64,000 nucleotides of DNA from the human T2T-CHM13v2.0 reference genome, Homo sapiens. Below, piece by piece: positions 1 through 16,504 of the stretch (position 1 is the stretch's first letter; every line of letters starts with the position of its first letter). The notes under the pieces are model-generated. The model ran no database searches and was not told the DNA's origin. It saw only the letters and a program-made list of their open reading frames with translations. The DNA is taken from the NCBI GenBank assembly GCA_009914755.4, contig CP086569.2, positions 2,560,001 through 2,624,000 of the forward strand, written 5' to 3'. The position numbers and the translations under genes were made by a program.

Positions 1-485
1 TTCTGCCAGAAAGTTGGCCAAAGAAGCAGATGTTTGAAAATTCTCTCAAATTTTACTAAATACATGGAGGTTGAGCTGTCAAACTAAGCTTTTCATACTG
101 TCAGTTTCCAATATTCTGTAAAGAGCCTTTCTTCCAAAATTTCTTTCTTGAAGAGTTCTTCATTAATCACTCTGCAAGTTCCATTCTCATCCCACGAAAT
201 AGACTTGAATTGGTCACTTTCAGCTATTTTCCAAAGTTTCCTGGGAAAGGTCAGAGAAAGAAAATCATTATCTTTATCTGGCTCAGAGACACAAACTGTG
301 TAACGTGGCCTTTTTATCAAGGATCCTTGTGACAAAACCGGAAAAGCATTTTCTTCAATCATTGACCTTAAGTCTGAGTCCCCAGGGAACGTGTGTTCAC
401 AAAATGGAGACCTAGTGGAGGCTTCTGAACCAGTTAATTCATCTTTGGGAGAAACATCTTGAGTTTCTGAAGAAACATGTGCCAT
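1..485 (-). pseudogene. HSFY-like (heat shock transcription factor, Y-linked family) pseudogene, 5' coding part. The 130-aa ORF starts MAHVSSETQDVSPKDELT and contains an HSF-type DNA-binding domain (FPRKLWKIAESDQFKSISWDENGTCRVINEELFKKEILE). Downstream, similarity continues only in other frames (KALYRILETDSMKSLV*QLNLHVFSKI*ENFQTSASLANFLAE), so there is a frameshift and in-frame stops. It runs off the window start.
   Basis: Translation of the - strand. My recollection of HSFY1 is that the N-terminus begins MAHVSSETQDVSPKDELTASEAST and continues ...FPRKLWKIVESDQFKSISWDENGTC...QLNLYGFSKIQQNFQRS. Identity to that is about 90% in the ORF, with frame changes and two stop codons after EILE. Confidence 0.75.
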
Positions 486-1034
486 CTCAAATAAATATTT
501 CTTTAGCTACTCTTCCAGCCTGCATGGTTTTCAAGCCTGCAGCTTCAAATGCTGCTTCAGAAGCCCTAGGCAGATAAAGTAACCATCACGATGTTTCCCA
601 ACCTGAGTAGCAATGATATCACAAGAGGGCTTTGGTCTCCTAGCAACAAATGTAAAAAATTCAGCCAAGTATGAGAAATGAAAATTTCTTCATTTTCATT
701 TTCATTCCTCATTTCTTTATAGGACAATTCTTCCTAGAAAGGTATCCAGTAAAAAAAATAAAATGTGGACTTACTACTCACATAGTGTGATCTCCAAAAT
801 CTCATTCCTGCAGAATCTTTTAATAAGGAAATAAATAAATAATGTCCTCAATCCCTGAAATAAAAGTGATTTTCTCTGTTACACATACACTCTTACTATA
901 TTGGTGCCAGGAGTGTAGGGCCTGGTAATTGGACAATGCAAAAACAACAACAATTAAAAAAAAGATTTTAAAAGCTCTGTCAGTTTGGCATGTTGGATTG
1001 GTAACTGATGCAGTGCAGAACCTATGTGTTAAAA

Positions 1035-1540
<506 letters not shown>

Positions 1541-1734
1541 TTACTGGTTGCTGCAGAGGGGATGGGGAATACAAAGAACTGTTTAGTAGATAAGAGCTTT
1601 CCTGTTGGGTGATAGAAATGTTTAAGAACTAGAGTGAGGTGATGATTGTATAACATCATAAGCATATTAAATTCCATTGAATTGTACACTTTAAAATAAT
1701 TTTATATTATGTGAGATGTACTTTAAAAAATTAA

Positions 1735-2040
1735 GGGCTGGGCACAGTGGCTCACACCTGTAATCCCAGCACTTTGGGAAGCCGAGGTGGGCGGATCACA
1801 AGGTCAGGAGATCGAGACCATCCTGGCTAACACAGTGTAATTTTTAGTCTTTACTAAAAATTACAAAAAAATTAGCCGGGCGTGGTGGCGAGTGCCTGTA
1901 GTCTCAGCTACTCAGGAGGTTGAGGCAGGAGAATGGTGTGAACCCAGGAGGCAGAGGTTGCAGTGAGCCGAGATTGTGCCACTACACTCCAGCCTGGGCA
2001 ACAGAGCGAGACTCCGTCTCAGAAACAAACAAACAAAAAC
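1735..2040 (+). mobile_element. Alu (full-length)
   Basis: GGGCTGGGCACAGTGGCTCACACCTGTAATCCCAGCACTTTGGGA... with an (AAAC)n-type tail. Confidence 0.95.
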
Positions 2041-3853
2041 TACTTGAATTTCTCCTTCATCTGAGTCAATAACTCCTGGGACTACATTAATGTCCTGTAG
2101 GTTAAGACGGCTTTTCCCTAAAATTAGTCCCATGTATCCTGCTGGTAAAGGTCCCCAAAAACCAGTGGGAACTTTGATGGGTTTTTCTCCCACAACTAAT
2201 GTGATTCTTTCTCTTGAGGGGTAGATCTAATCCTGCACTTCCTGGTGCTCCTGGGGTGAGGGAATCAATGTGCCTCCAGGAACCCATGCCTGAAATGGGG
2301 TTGAGGTCTGAACTGGGAATGCCCTCATTGTTTGAGGGGCCGGGGTCCAGGCCCCCCTCTCATTTCCCAACAGCGGGGTGCCATTCTGATTAAATCTTGA
2401 GTGGCACTGATTAGCCTGGTGATTTCCTTTGTTAACAGTGAGGACAAAGTCCTGGCGTTTTTTTTTCCCACTGGGTGGGACACTGCATTGTAAGGTCCTT
2501 TCTGTCCTGAGAACTGGCAGCATTCCTTTTTAAAATGTCCAATTTTTCCACAATTATAACATTTTCCCATTTTAGGGTTTGACCCTTGGCTCCTTTTAGA
2601 TTTGTCAACTGCTAAATTAGCCATTGCTTGCGCTAACATTGCAGATCAATGAAGCTCAGTTCCTACATCCTGACAAGCTCTGAGAAAATTTCCCAAGTTT
2701 TGTGTACACCTTGCTGGTGCTAGTGCATGTTTACAATCCGTGTTTGCATTCTCAAAAGCTAGAGTTAAGGTTAGCTCTTCTGCACCCTCAGTATGAGGAA
2801 TCTGATGCTTCACTGCCTCTTGTAATCTTGCAAGAAATTGCAAATAGGGCTCCTGTGACCTTTGCATGATATGTAAAAAGGCTTGTACTGGGACTCCTCC
2901 TTTAGGAATTGTGGCCCAGGCATTTTTAGCAGCCTTTGCACACTGCAGATAAACAAAGTGTGGGAGTGCCATTTGTCACTCCAGGTCTGAATAAGGGCCA
3001 TTACCTAACAGCATATCCTCTGTAATGTCTCCGTGTCCAGCAGCATTATTTTGTCTAGCCTGGTCTGCACACATGTCTTGCCAATTTAAATTCCATGTCA
3101 GATATGCGCTAGCAGACAAGTAAGTTTGTGCCAAGTGTTTTACATCAAAGGCTAAAAGATGCATAGCACCGAACGCAGATTCTAGTAATCCTAAAGTGAA
3201 TGGACTCTGTACGCCATTATTTACCACACTTGCTTTTTAATTCCTTCAACAACTTAAACTCTAGTGGAGTGTGTTCATGAATAACCTGCTATGGATTGTT
3301 TGGATCAGGCCTTATGGAAATAGGAAAAGCATAAGCTCCTAAGGACTCCCCAGCTGTGGCAGCAGAGCATAAAATTCTTTATATTGGGGTTTCTATTTCT
3401 GCTATTGAAGGAGGTGGTACAGATGTTTCTGCAATTGGAGAAGGGGGTATAGGCCAATCCTCCCTGTGGTATAGGTATCCTCCCTGTTCTGTTTTTAATT
3501 TTCAGTCAATGTTGTGGGTGGGACAACAGATGCTTTCAGATTTTTAGACTCAGCATGCTGTCCTGCAGAATAATAAGGACATATTGATAGATGAACAGTA
3601 TGAATTAAACTCCAAGTGGAAAAAACAGAAGAATCAACTTTAAGACCTTTTTGATGGGCCTGTTTTAATTCTTTTCCTGCTCTGTCCCAATTTTCCGTAT
3701 CAAGAGTGCCTGCCTGTGGAAACCATGAATTACGCCTAATAACCTCCTGCAGCATGTTAATGTCTGAGAACTAACTTGAGCACCAGTTTGTTTCAACAAA
3801 ACTTTAAGCAACTGCACATAATATTTTTCTTCAATAGACAAATTCTGCCCCAT
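2041..3853 (-). mobile_element. HERV-K-like (class II / betaretrovirus-type) provirus internal region: gag (MGQ start at 3853, capsid, Cys-His zinc knuckle) plus a protease fragment. It is frameshifted and is truncated at 2040 by the Alu cluster.
   Basis: The - strand ORFs MGQNLSIEEKYY..., ...QEPYLQFLARLQEAVKHQ...LAFENANTDCKHAL..., ...KCYNCGKIGHFKKEC..., and ...QCHSRFNQNGTPLLGNERG... are collinear with the HERV-K Gag order MA-CA-NC as I remember it. Confidence 0.8.
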
Positions 3854-5000
3854 GTTACCCTGATTCAGAAAACTTCCCGTTCCCAGTATTTCTTTAAAGC
3901 ACTGCTCCCAGTACCTCTTTAGGGCACTGATGTTATATCTGCTGCTGGCAGATTTATCCTGGGGTCCCCCTTCACCTTGTCAATTTCAGTTCCTCTGCTC
4001 CAGCAGACCTTCTTCATTTACATCCTCGAAGTCCTGTGTCCGGACGCCACTTGTAACCTGCACGGACCTTGTGGGACTGAACAAAGGAGGATGAACGTGG
4101 GAATAAAAGACAAAGACAAAAGAGTGTATTTGGAAGAAGGGTTTGGGGGCGCTTTGCCTCTAGTGGACAAGGGCCCAGAGCTTTTTCAGCCCTCTGAATT
4201 TATTAGGTAAAAGAGATAATGAGAAAGCGGTGGGGGCCAGTGTGGGGGTGGTGGTGGTGGTGATTGTCAGGTAATTGTCAGTCAGCCATTTGGTTTACAG
4301 CTGGCTTGCGAGACTGCATCCTTGAAACAATAGGTGCTAAATTTCCCAGCAGATAACTTCAAGGAGACTGGTGCCAGGGAGTGACTGCCCTCAGCAAACC
4401 TTTTGGCAGCAGGCGCAGTGTGAGTTTGCCCACATCCTGCACTCGTGATAAACAGTTTCCTGTTTGATCATATAGCCTCCAGTGGAATGCTGAGTTGGTC
4501 ACGATTCCTTTGCTGGCTCACTACAGAAACTACTTTAATGATTTTCTGCATAGGAACAATGCTGTATTACACAAGAAAATTAGACATTTCTATTTGAGGG
4601 TTTGGGAGTCAAATTTATCACAATGCTTTAGAACATTGCCAAGAGGTGAGTCTGAAGGAATAGATAGGCTTTGTCCCATCATGGGACTGGAAAACACACT
4701 GCTCAGGAGCTTTCATGAACCGCTGTTTTTTTTGGGTTTCCTGCCGAGGTGAAGAGCATTTCACTTGTGTCTGCTGAGGGACTTGGGTACATTTTCTAAA
4801 GGGGCATTCCTCCTATTGGAAAAGATCTCTTGGCTGCTCAGGAGCCTTATGCTGGGTGATTGGTGAGGAAAATGGGTACACAGAGTACTCAATCTGTGCT
4901 AGGCCAGCAGATGGAGCGGGTGAGGGAAGACTCCTTGTTCGGAGGTTGTCTGAGATCACCTGATTTAGTAACGTCTAGAGCAGGATGGCTGAATTACTCA
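3854..5000 (-). mobile_element. 5' leader and 5' LTR of the same ERV; the LTR end is not determined
   Basis: The position is immediately upstream of the gag ATG in the provirus orientation. A - strand AATAAA sits near 4196-4201 and the sequence is not a known SINE/LINE. The upper boundary is only a guess (error of hundreds of bp). Confidence 0.4.
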
Positions 5001-6096
5001 AGAAGAGAATTCAGAATGAGAAAGAGAGAGTCTGAGTCACCTAAAACAACTCTGAATGAGCTTCTGCTGTCAGTCACATCCCTTGTAGGGATTAGGGACT
5101 TTCTACTACAAAAGATAGAATAGAGTTTTAGTCCTTTTTAGGCAAGGCAGTCAGCTCTGTTCACACTTTGGCCTTCATGCAACAACAGAAAACAGGGCAG
5201 TTACTATAGTTGCCAGAGGGATACTGGAAGCCAGCTGTTGCAAGACTTAAAACACAAAATAATCTTAGGTTCTTCACCTGCATGGTCATTGGTGGTCAGA
5301 TGCTTCCACACGAACATTTTTCAGTCCCACTGGAATGTAGTTTCAGCCAGAGATGTTCACTTGTCTCTGTGCTTAGGTGCTGTTCACTGAGGATCCTGAG
5401 TTGGGAAAGAGAAAGGCAAGTGCGTTCCCCGTAAGGAGAGTCCCTGTATGGACCCCCAAAATGTCATTGCTTATCAGCTACTGTCTAGGGCTGGTATCAC
5501 ACAGGTAGTAAGAAGAATTTACCAAAACAGTTATAAGAAAGGCAGATTTATTAGGAAAAGTATGGAACTATGTTGCAAGGATGCAACAAGCAGGGCAGCA
5601 AAAAGACCCTACTGCAAGGAAACAAAGGCTTGCTGAGAATTTTTTGGAACAGTGTTTATGTTGTGTACTGCAGAGGGCTTTGTGCAGTATTGATAACACC
5701 ACAACCAAAGTTGCACTGAGCTAACTTGCATTTTTCTATCAGCTGAGGGTCTGGTCATAGCTGCAGAAAGCTGCAGAAAGACTGGATTATTTGTCCAGGA
5801 GGGCTGTGTATCCTGAAACAATGAAGAAAGGTAGACTTATAGCTTATCTGCCTTCTTTTTCTGCCTTTCTTCTGTCCCACCAGCCAGACTCCTCCTTCCT
5901 TATTAGGACTTAGCAATTTCTTCATACTATTCTCAATAATTTATAGTAGTTTCTCACCTCTCCCTAGTATTTCAGGCCCATATAAAAAAGCCTGATTCAA
6001 ACTAACCTTTTTTTTTCCTGTTTTTTCCCAATATAAGCCCCTCATTGAATTTTTCTATGTTTTCATTATTCCAGAATCAAGTCACACTTGGCTCTC

Positions 6097-6280
6097 TGCC
6101 TGTTCTTTCTTCCTTCCCTCTGCTCTCCTCCCCTCCCCTCCTCTCCCATCTCCCTTCCTTCCTCCCTCCCTTCTTCCCTCCGTCCCTCCTTCCTTCTTTC
6201 CTTTCTTCCTCTTTCTTTCTTTTCTTTCTCTCTTCCTTCCCTTCCTTCTTTTTTCTTCCTTTCTTTCTTTTCTTCATTTT
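6097..6280. repeat. Polypyrimidine (CT/CCT/TTCC-rich) simple-repeat tract of about 185 bp
   Basis: Direct reading: nearly pure C/T on the + strand. Confidence 0.9.
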
Positions 6281-6285
6281 AATAG

Positions 6286-6556
6286 GGAGGGATGGAATCT
6301 CTGTCACCTAGGCTGTGATACAGCTGTGCCATCATAGTTTGCTGCCAACTTGATTTTCCAGGCTCAAGGAATCTTCCCACCTTGGCCTCCCAAGTAGATG
6401 GGACCACAGGCAGAAACCAGCATGCCAGGCTAAAATTATTTTTTGTACAGACAGGGTCTCATTGTATTACCCAGGCTGGCCTCAGACTCCTGGCAGTCCT
6501 CCCACCTCAACCTCCCAAAATCCTGGGATTATAGGCATGAGCCACTGTGCTTGGCC
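6286..6556 (-). mobile_element. Alu
   Basis: The reverse complement of the Alu consensus, ...GGGATTATAGGCATGAGCCACTGTGCTTGGCC. Confidence 0.9.
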
Positions 6557-6803
6557 TCTGTTCTTTTCTTACTATCTACCTCCTTATGAAGCCTTCCATG
6601 AATTCTTTGCCCCAAGATCTGTCATCATTTATCATCAGCTACATTAGTATAAGTATCTAATTTATATTAATATTTAAAAGGTTAAGTTTCATTGCCTTTT
6701 GTGAAAATAATCTGGCTCTGTGGTGGTTTATAGATACTTGATTTTATTATTTCCTCTGTTATGATCTTAGTGTTTCCAGTGTGTTTAAAAATAAGTATAA
6801 AAA

Positions 6804-7089
6804 GGCCAGGCACGGTGGCTCACACCTGTAATCCCAGACTTCGGGAGGCTGAGGTGGGTGGATCATGAGGTCAGGAGTTCAAGACCAGCCTGGCCAAGAT
6901 GGTGAAACCCCATCTCTTCTAAAAATACAAAAATTAGCCAGGCATGGTGTTGGGCACCTGTAATCCCAGCTACTGGGGAGGCTGAGGCAGGGAATTGCTT
7001 GAACCCAGGAGGTGGGGATTGCAGTGCATAGTGATCGTGCCACTGCACGCCAGCCTGGGTGACAGAGCGAGATTCCATCTCAAAAAAAA
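6804..7089 (+). mobile_element. Alu
   Basis: GGCCAGGCACGGTGGCTCACACCTGTAATCCCAG... with an A-tail. Confidence 0.95.
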
Positions 7090-7098
7090 GTATAAATA

Positions 7099-7853
<755 letters not shown>

Positions 7854-7911
7854 TCAGCATGAATGGACATTTCCTGCATTAGAACACATTTTTAAAACAA
7901 AGGATCTTTAG

Positions 7912-8037
7912 GCCAGGCACGGTGGCTCACGCCTGTAATCTCAGCAATTTGAGAGGCCTAGGTAGAAGGATCACTTGAGTCTAGCAGTTTGAGACCAGCC
8001 TGGGCAACACAGCAAGACCCATCTCAATTTTTTAAAA
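7912..8037 (+). mobile_element. Alu monomer-like (FLAM/left arm)
   Basis: GGCCAGGCACGGTGGCTCACGCCTGTAATCTCAGCAATTTGAGAGGCC... Confidence 0.75.
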
Positions 8038-8140
8038 ATAGTAATAATAAGAAAATAAGGATTTTTTGTCTTCTCACTATTACGAGAGAATTCTTTTCAA
8101 ATGAAATTTTAGACTTTGAACAATTTTAAAATGTTGCATA

Positions 8141-8463
<323 letters not shown>

Positions 8464-8519
8464 TTACACAAAGAAGTATCTGAATTATTGCTTTATAGTC
8501 TTAAAAAGTTATATTGTAA

Positions 8520-8918
<399 letters not shown>

Positions 8919-8924
8919 ATGAAT

Positions 8925-10700
<1,776 letters not shown>

Positions 10701-10771
10701 TTTAGTACAAGTTTACTTTTAGTGTTTAGTTTTTCTGTTTTTATTTATTTTATTTTATTTTTTAATCTTTA

Positions 10772-10933
10772 AAAATGAGGTCTCACTTGATGAGGTCTTA
10801 CTCAGTGCCCAGGGTGGAGTGCAGCTTGTGCAATCATGACTTACTGTAATTTCTACTTTCCAGACTGAGGAGATCCTCCCACCTTGGCCTGCAAAGTGCT
10901 GGGTTTGTAAGATGTGTCATTGCGCCCAGCCCT
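10772..10933 (-). mobile_element. Old Alu (J-like) fragment
   Basis: ...CCCACCTTGGCCTGCAAAGTGCTGGGTTTGTAAGATGTGTCATTGCGCCCAGCC. Confidence 0.7.
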
Positions 10934-11080
10934 AACAACTTATTTTAAACTTTTTTTATAGCTTGCTGCTCCCCCTTATTATTAAGGTCTCAAATTTTAT
11001 ATCCTTATCTATTGTATACCTGTTAACATAGATTTATAATTCATACTTTGTCTTTTAAATACTATAGAAAATGAAAAGTG

Positions 11081-11362
11081 GGCTGGGTGCCGTGGCTCAG
11101 GCCTGTAATCGCAGCACTTTGGGAGGCCGAGGTGGATGAATCATGAGATGAGGAGATCGAGACCATCCTGGCTAACACGGTGAAATCCCATCTCTATTAA
11201 AAATACAAAAAAAATTAGCCGGGCGTGGTGGCGGGTGCCTGTAGTCCCAGCTACTCGGGAGGCTGAGGCAGGAGAATGGCGTGAACCTGGGAGGTGGAGC
11301 TTACAGTGACAGAGCACTCCAGTCTGGGTGACCAGAGCGAGACTCCGTCTCAAAAAAAAAAA
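11081..11362 (+). mobile_element. Alu (Y/S-like)
   Basis: GGCTGGGTGCCGTGGCTCAGGCCTGTAATCGCAGCACTTTGGGAGGCCGAGG... Confidence 0.9.
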
Positions 11363-12620
11363 GAAAATGAAAAGTGGAATTATGAATCAAAATTCCAATA
11401 ATACTGTTTCTGATGTTTGTGCATTTACTTTTACCAGAGAACTTGTAATTTTCATATGACTCCAGGTTATTATCCAGCATCCTTTTGTTTTAACTTGAAG
11501 ACTTTCTTTTGATATCTTATAGGACAGCTGTAGTGGGAATGAACCTTCTTCAGTTTTTATCTCGGAAAGTCTTTATCTTTCATTTTTGAGAATATCTTTC
11601 ATTTTTGAGAATAACTTTGCTACATACTGAATTCTCAGTTTTTTTTTTTCTTTCAGCACTTAAAATAGTTTACCCTACTGCCTTCTGGTTTGCAAAGTTT
11701 CTCCTGAGAAATCTGCTGGTAATCCCTTTGTTTTGTTTTTGGTGTTAATAATCTTATTGAGAATTCTTTGTATATGATGAATCACTTTTCTTTTGACGCT
11801 TTCAAGATTTTCTGTATCTGTGATTTTCTTTCTTTTTTCTTTTCTTTCTTTCTTTTTTTTTTTTTTTTAAGACAGGGTGTCTCTCTGTTGCCCAGTCTGG
11901 ACTGGAACTCTTGGCTCAATTGATCCTCCTATCTCAGCCTATTGACTAGCTGGGAATACAGGCATGTGTCATCACATTCAGTTCCTTGTTTATAACTTTA
12001 GATGTGATTATAATATTTCTCTGAGTGGGTCTCTTTGGGTTTTTCATACTTTCATTTCTTTGAGTGCTTGTATTTGTATATCTTTGTCTTCATATTTGGG
12101 AAGTTTGTGGGTATTATTTATTCAAAGAAGTCCTGTAATCCTTATTTTGTATCTCCTCCTTTAGGGACTTTCATAATGTATATATTGGATTGCTTGATGC
12201 TATCCATAAATCTTATAGGCTTTGTTCACTTGTCTTCATTCTTTTCTCTTTTGGTTCCTCAGCTTGATAATTTCAAATAATCTTTCTTTAGGTTTGCTGA
12301 ATCTTTTTCTTCAGGTTTGTTTAACCCTTCTAATAAATTTTTCAATGCTGTCATTATATTTTCAGCTCCAGAATATCTTTTTAGTTCTTTTTAAAAATTT
12401 GTCACTTTTTGTTTTTTGGGATTCACTTCTGTTTCTGTTCATATTCTCCCTTAGGTCTTTGAGAATATTTAAGACAATGTCTTACCAAGTAAGTCTGAGG
12501 CCTTACTTTTTCTTTAGGGTTGTTTTCTGGAGATTTATTTGCTTCATGTGAATGAGCCATGTTTCTCTGATTCTTTGTATCCTTTGAGATCTTTTGTTAT
12601 AAATTGAGCATTTAAAAAAA
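11363..12620 (-). mobile_element. Old L1 (L1M/L1PB-like) antisense fragment, from the ORF1 / 5' region. An Alu fragment is nested at 11855-11985.
   Basis: Pattern match to L1 antisense (…GGATTACCAGCAGATTTCTCAGGAGAAACTTTGCAAACCAGAAGGCAG… on the reverse complement), plus the AT-rich L1 5' region. Confidence 0.55.
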
Positions 12621-12628
12621 GCTGCCTT

Positions 12629-12973
<345 letters not shown>

Positions 12974-15799
12974 TTATGCAGACTAGCACTATGCAGGGAA
13001 TGACTTTCAGTAATCAGCCCAGAATGAAGGCTAATGGTTTTCTAAGGCTTTTTTTTTTTTTTCTAGACCTGTGGCTGACCTGAGATTGTATGTTTGCCTT
13101 ATTCCCCAGTTTTCTCACAATTGTGGCTGCTTTTAAATGTCTTTATTTCCCCCAGAGTCATACCCTTGCCGCTTCTTTAAAGCTCGCTGTTCTATTACGT
13201 TCCTGTTCCTGTAACTGGGGCCCCAGGATGCAGGATCTACTGTAGCTCTCAGGCTCTCAGTCCCAGGATTGTTGTGAGTAGCTTCCAACTGATATCCAAA
13301 CTATGCTGCAGTTTTTCTCAAAGGCTTTAAATCAGGCAAGGCACAAACTATTAATAGTGCTTTGGGCAGCCCTCAGACAAGCCAACACTTTGAAAATGAG
13401 TTTCACTCCTTTTCTTATGTCTTGAGGAGAGGAACTGGGAAAAGGTGTCACTGCACCAGACTGCATGTTGTAGATGGTGGGGCAAAAGCGAGCAAAAATG
13501 CCTTTCATGTTTCAGTTTTTAGTATTTCCAGGCTCAAAGGACTGTGGTACCAGTAGAAATTTCCTGCCATTATGAGTGTGCTTTTTCTTGAGTGAATACC
13601 TTGTTAGTTGTAGAAGATCCGTAACTACTTTCTAAATTTCCCACAGACTACTTTGGTCAGTATATTGTTGTTTACTTGGTATTTCTGTTGTGAGCACAAG
13701 GACTTACAGACTTCAAGTCTCCAACTCTTCTGATTTTTCTTCTTCTCTTATATTTTTACAATTGTAGCTTTTACCCATGTTAAAGTGAGTTTTGTTTTTC
13801 CTAAATGATTGGCCTGGTTATTGGCCAGAACAAACTTGAAGAACATAGCATAGTTTGCTCTGCTATTAAGACTAATATGCTTATGAAAAATATGATCTTC
13901 CAGTTCTTTACTTATTTTCATTTAAAGCTATTCTAATCTTTTCAGCTCCTGACAAGCTTAGGAAAGCATTTTTGCATTTTTAAAGGAGAAAAGAATATAT
14001 AATGAAATTTTTAAAAAATTAGGCTGAGTTGTTTTGTGTATTGTCATGGCTTCTTAAAGGGACTTAGAGTGCTCTTTATTGGCTGGTTTCTAATATCATA
14101 GGAATATCATAATGTTCCTAATGTGTAGAAATATTATGATAGAGGAAGATAAGCATATATATAGTGGCAACATTTTGCTGGCTTTCTTTCTTATATATGC
14201 TGACCAGAACTTATCTGAAGAGATAATACAGACCTTTATGTATACGAGGGCATATAATGAGAACAAATTTAAATTTAGAATTATGCAGGTTAAACCAGTT
14301 ATGTCATGATTGTGTGGCAATGCTGACCAAATGGATTTAAAATTTATGTCTTCATTTACATTCATTTTGCAATTTAATTGGATGGGGTCGGAACAGAAGA
14401 GGAATGACCATCAAGCCAAAAGTAGATGGTGACTGAAGAATCAAAATTAAATGTATTTTGATGAAGTCAGAATTTCTCTTAGCAACTTCGGGTTACATAC
14501 TTAAAGCAAAATTAGTTTTTTTTTTGGTGACAGAAATTCAACTTCTACTACTTAAATAGTAGAATCTAAAATAAATGTCAAACTTGGCATATTGGTGAAT
14601 TTAATCTACATTTTAGCATACTTTGATCATTGCTAAACATTTCCAGATTTGTAGATTCATGCAGTTTTGAAATGAAATTGCTTATTACAACTGGCCCTTG
14701 CCTTACCACAAATACCACTGGACCTAGTTGAAATGAAGTTTTTCTTTTTATTTTTTCATGATTCAGTTTTTAGTATGTCCAGGCTTGAAGGACTGTGGTA
14801 CCAGTAGAAACTGGGAAGACAAAAACTGTCTTTCAGAACTGGCTCCTGTTTTGCCCCATGTATGCTACCTTGCCTTATCTTTAAAATTTATGGTGAAAAT
14901 GAAATTAATAGGATCCAATTAATTTTTTTAATTTTGAGTTGGAGCATGAGCACTAATATACATAAAGAGACTTCCAGAACTCCCTTGACTCTATTCTTAG
15001 ATTGCAAAATTGGAAGGTGAAGACAGTTCTAGTCACCTTCTCCCTGATGCCCTACACTTATTTCTCATTGGTTACTCCTAAAATTCAACAGTCTTTTCTT
15101 ATTGGAAAATATGGTGACAAACACCAAATGCTTCTACATAAGTAATGAGGATCTTTCCAGTTCTTTTATATTTTGTCTTAACTAATTAATTGATAATCTT
15201 AGAAAACAGATTCTAATCCTAGCATTTGTTTCTGCTATGAAATAGCAAGTATTTGTCTTTTTTCTTAAAATAATCATGTGAAGTTATTAATGCTTGAAAA
15301 AATTGGAGCTTGTAGAAGGCAAGATCCTGATATTTTATTTTAAACAAATAATACCCCAAGTTAAGCAAATTATAGTTTTATTTAATGATTCATTTTTATT
15401 AGGCAACAAATAGTGAATGATTGTGAGTCTATTTATAATTGACTTTTTGATTAGCTAGTCAATAACTAGTGTTTAGAAAATTGGTAGTTTGGGATATTAT
15501 AGACTGAATGGCTCAAAAGGATCTTTTGAATTGTTGATTATATTGTGAAAAGAAGCTTGAGGATGGCATTAACATTTAAGCTCTTGGAGGCACAGGGACC
15601 ATAAATTTCTTTTAAGAGCAATTAGGTGTGGTTTTCCCCCTGGATAAATACATTAAGCCAAGCAGTTTTGCATATGATTTTACTGGTCTCACAGAGCCTT
15701 AGGAGTCATCCCATAAATGTCACATTAATTAGGATTCATATAATTTAAGCATTTCACAATGTACATCTATATCAGAACATGACATTTTACAATGCTTGT

Positions 15800-16126
<327 letters not shown>

Positions 16127-16504
16127 TCTTGTATCTTAATTTTTTAAAAATGAATTCCTATAATGCAACCTAACCCTGAAAATATGGCTACTAAAGCATT
16201 TATGGAACACTTACTTTATGCTTGCCACAAGGTACATCTACTCATTCTATGAATTCTCATATGAGAATGGAGTGAGTTGAGAGGTGATGATTTCGAAGTA
16301 CATGCAAATCATTTTTTCTTTAATATATTTTCTTGTTTGAAAAGATGCAAATGGTGAAAATAGTGCTTTGGAAGATATTTTCTTTATTTGTCATTGGTAG
16401 TTCATTCTGGTACAGGTACACCCAACCTTTGGGCTCTTACTGGTGACATGTAGAAGTGAGCCGAAGGGCCCAAACCAAAACTGTTACTATAGTTTAAATA
16501 AGAA

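Noticed and set aside
6045-6311. ORFs encoding S/P/L/F-rich (6045-6311, +) or K/E/R/G-rich (6077-6307 -, 7411-7814 +) peptides
   Set aside because: They are translations of the polypyrimidine and polypurine simple-repeat tracts, not genes.
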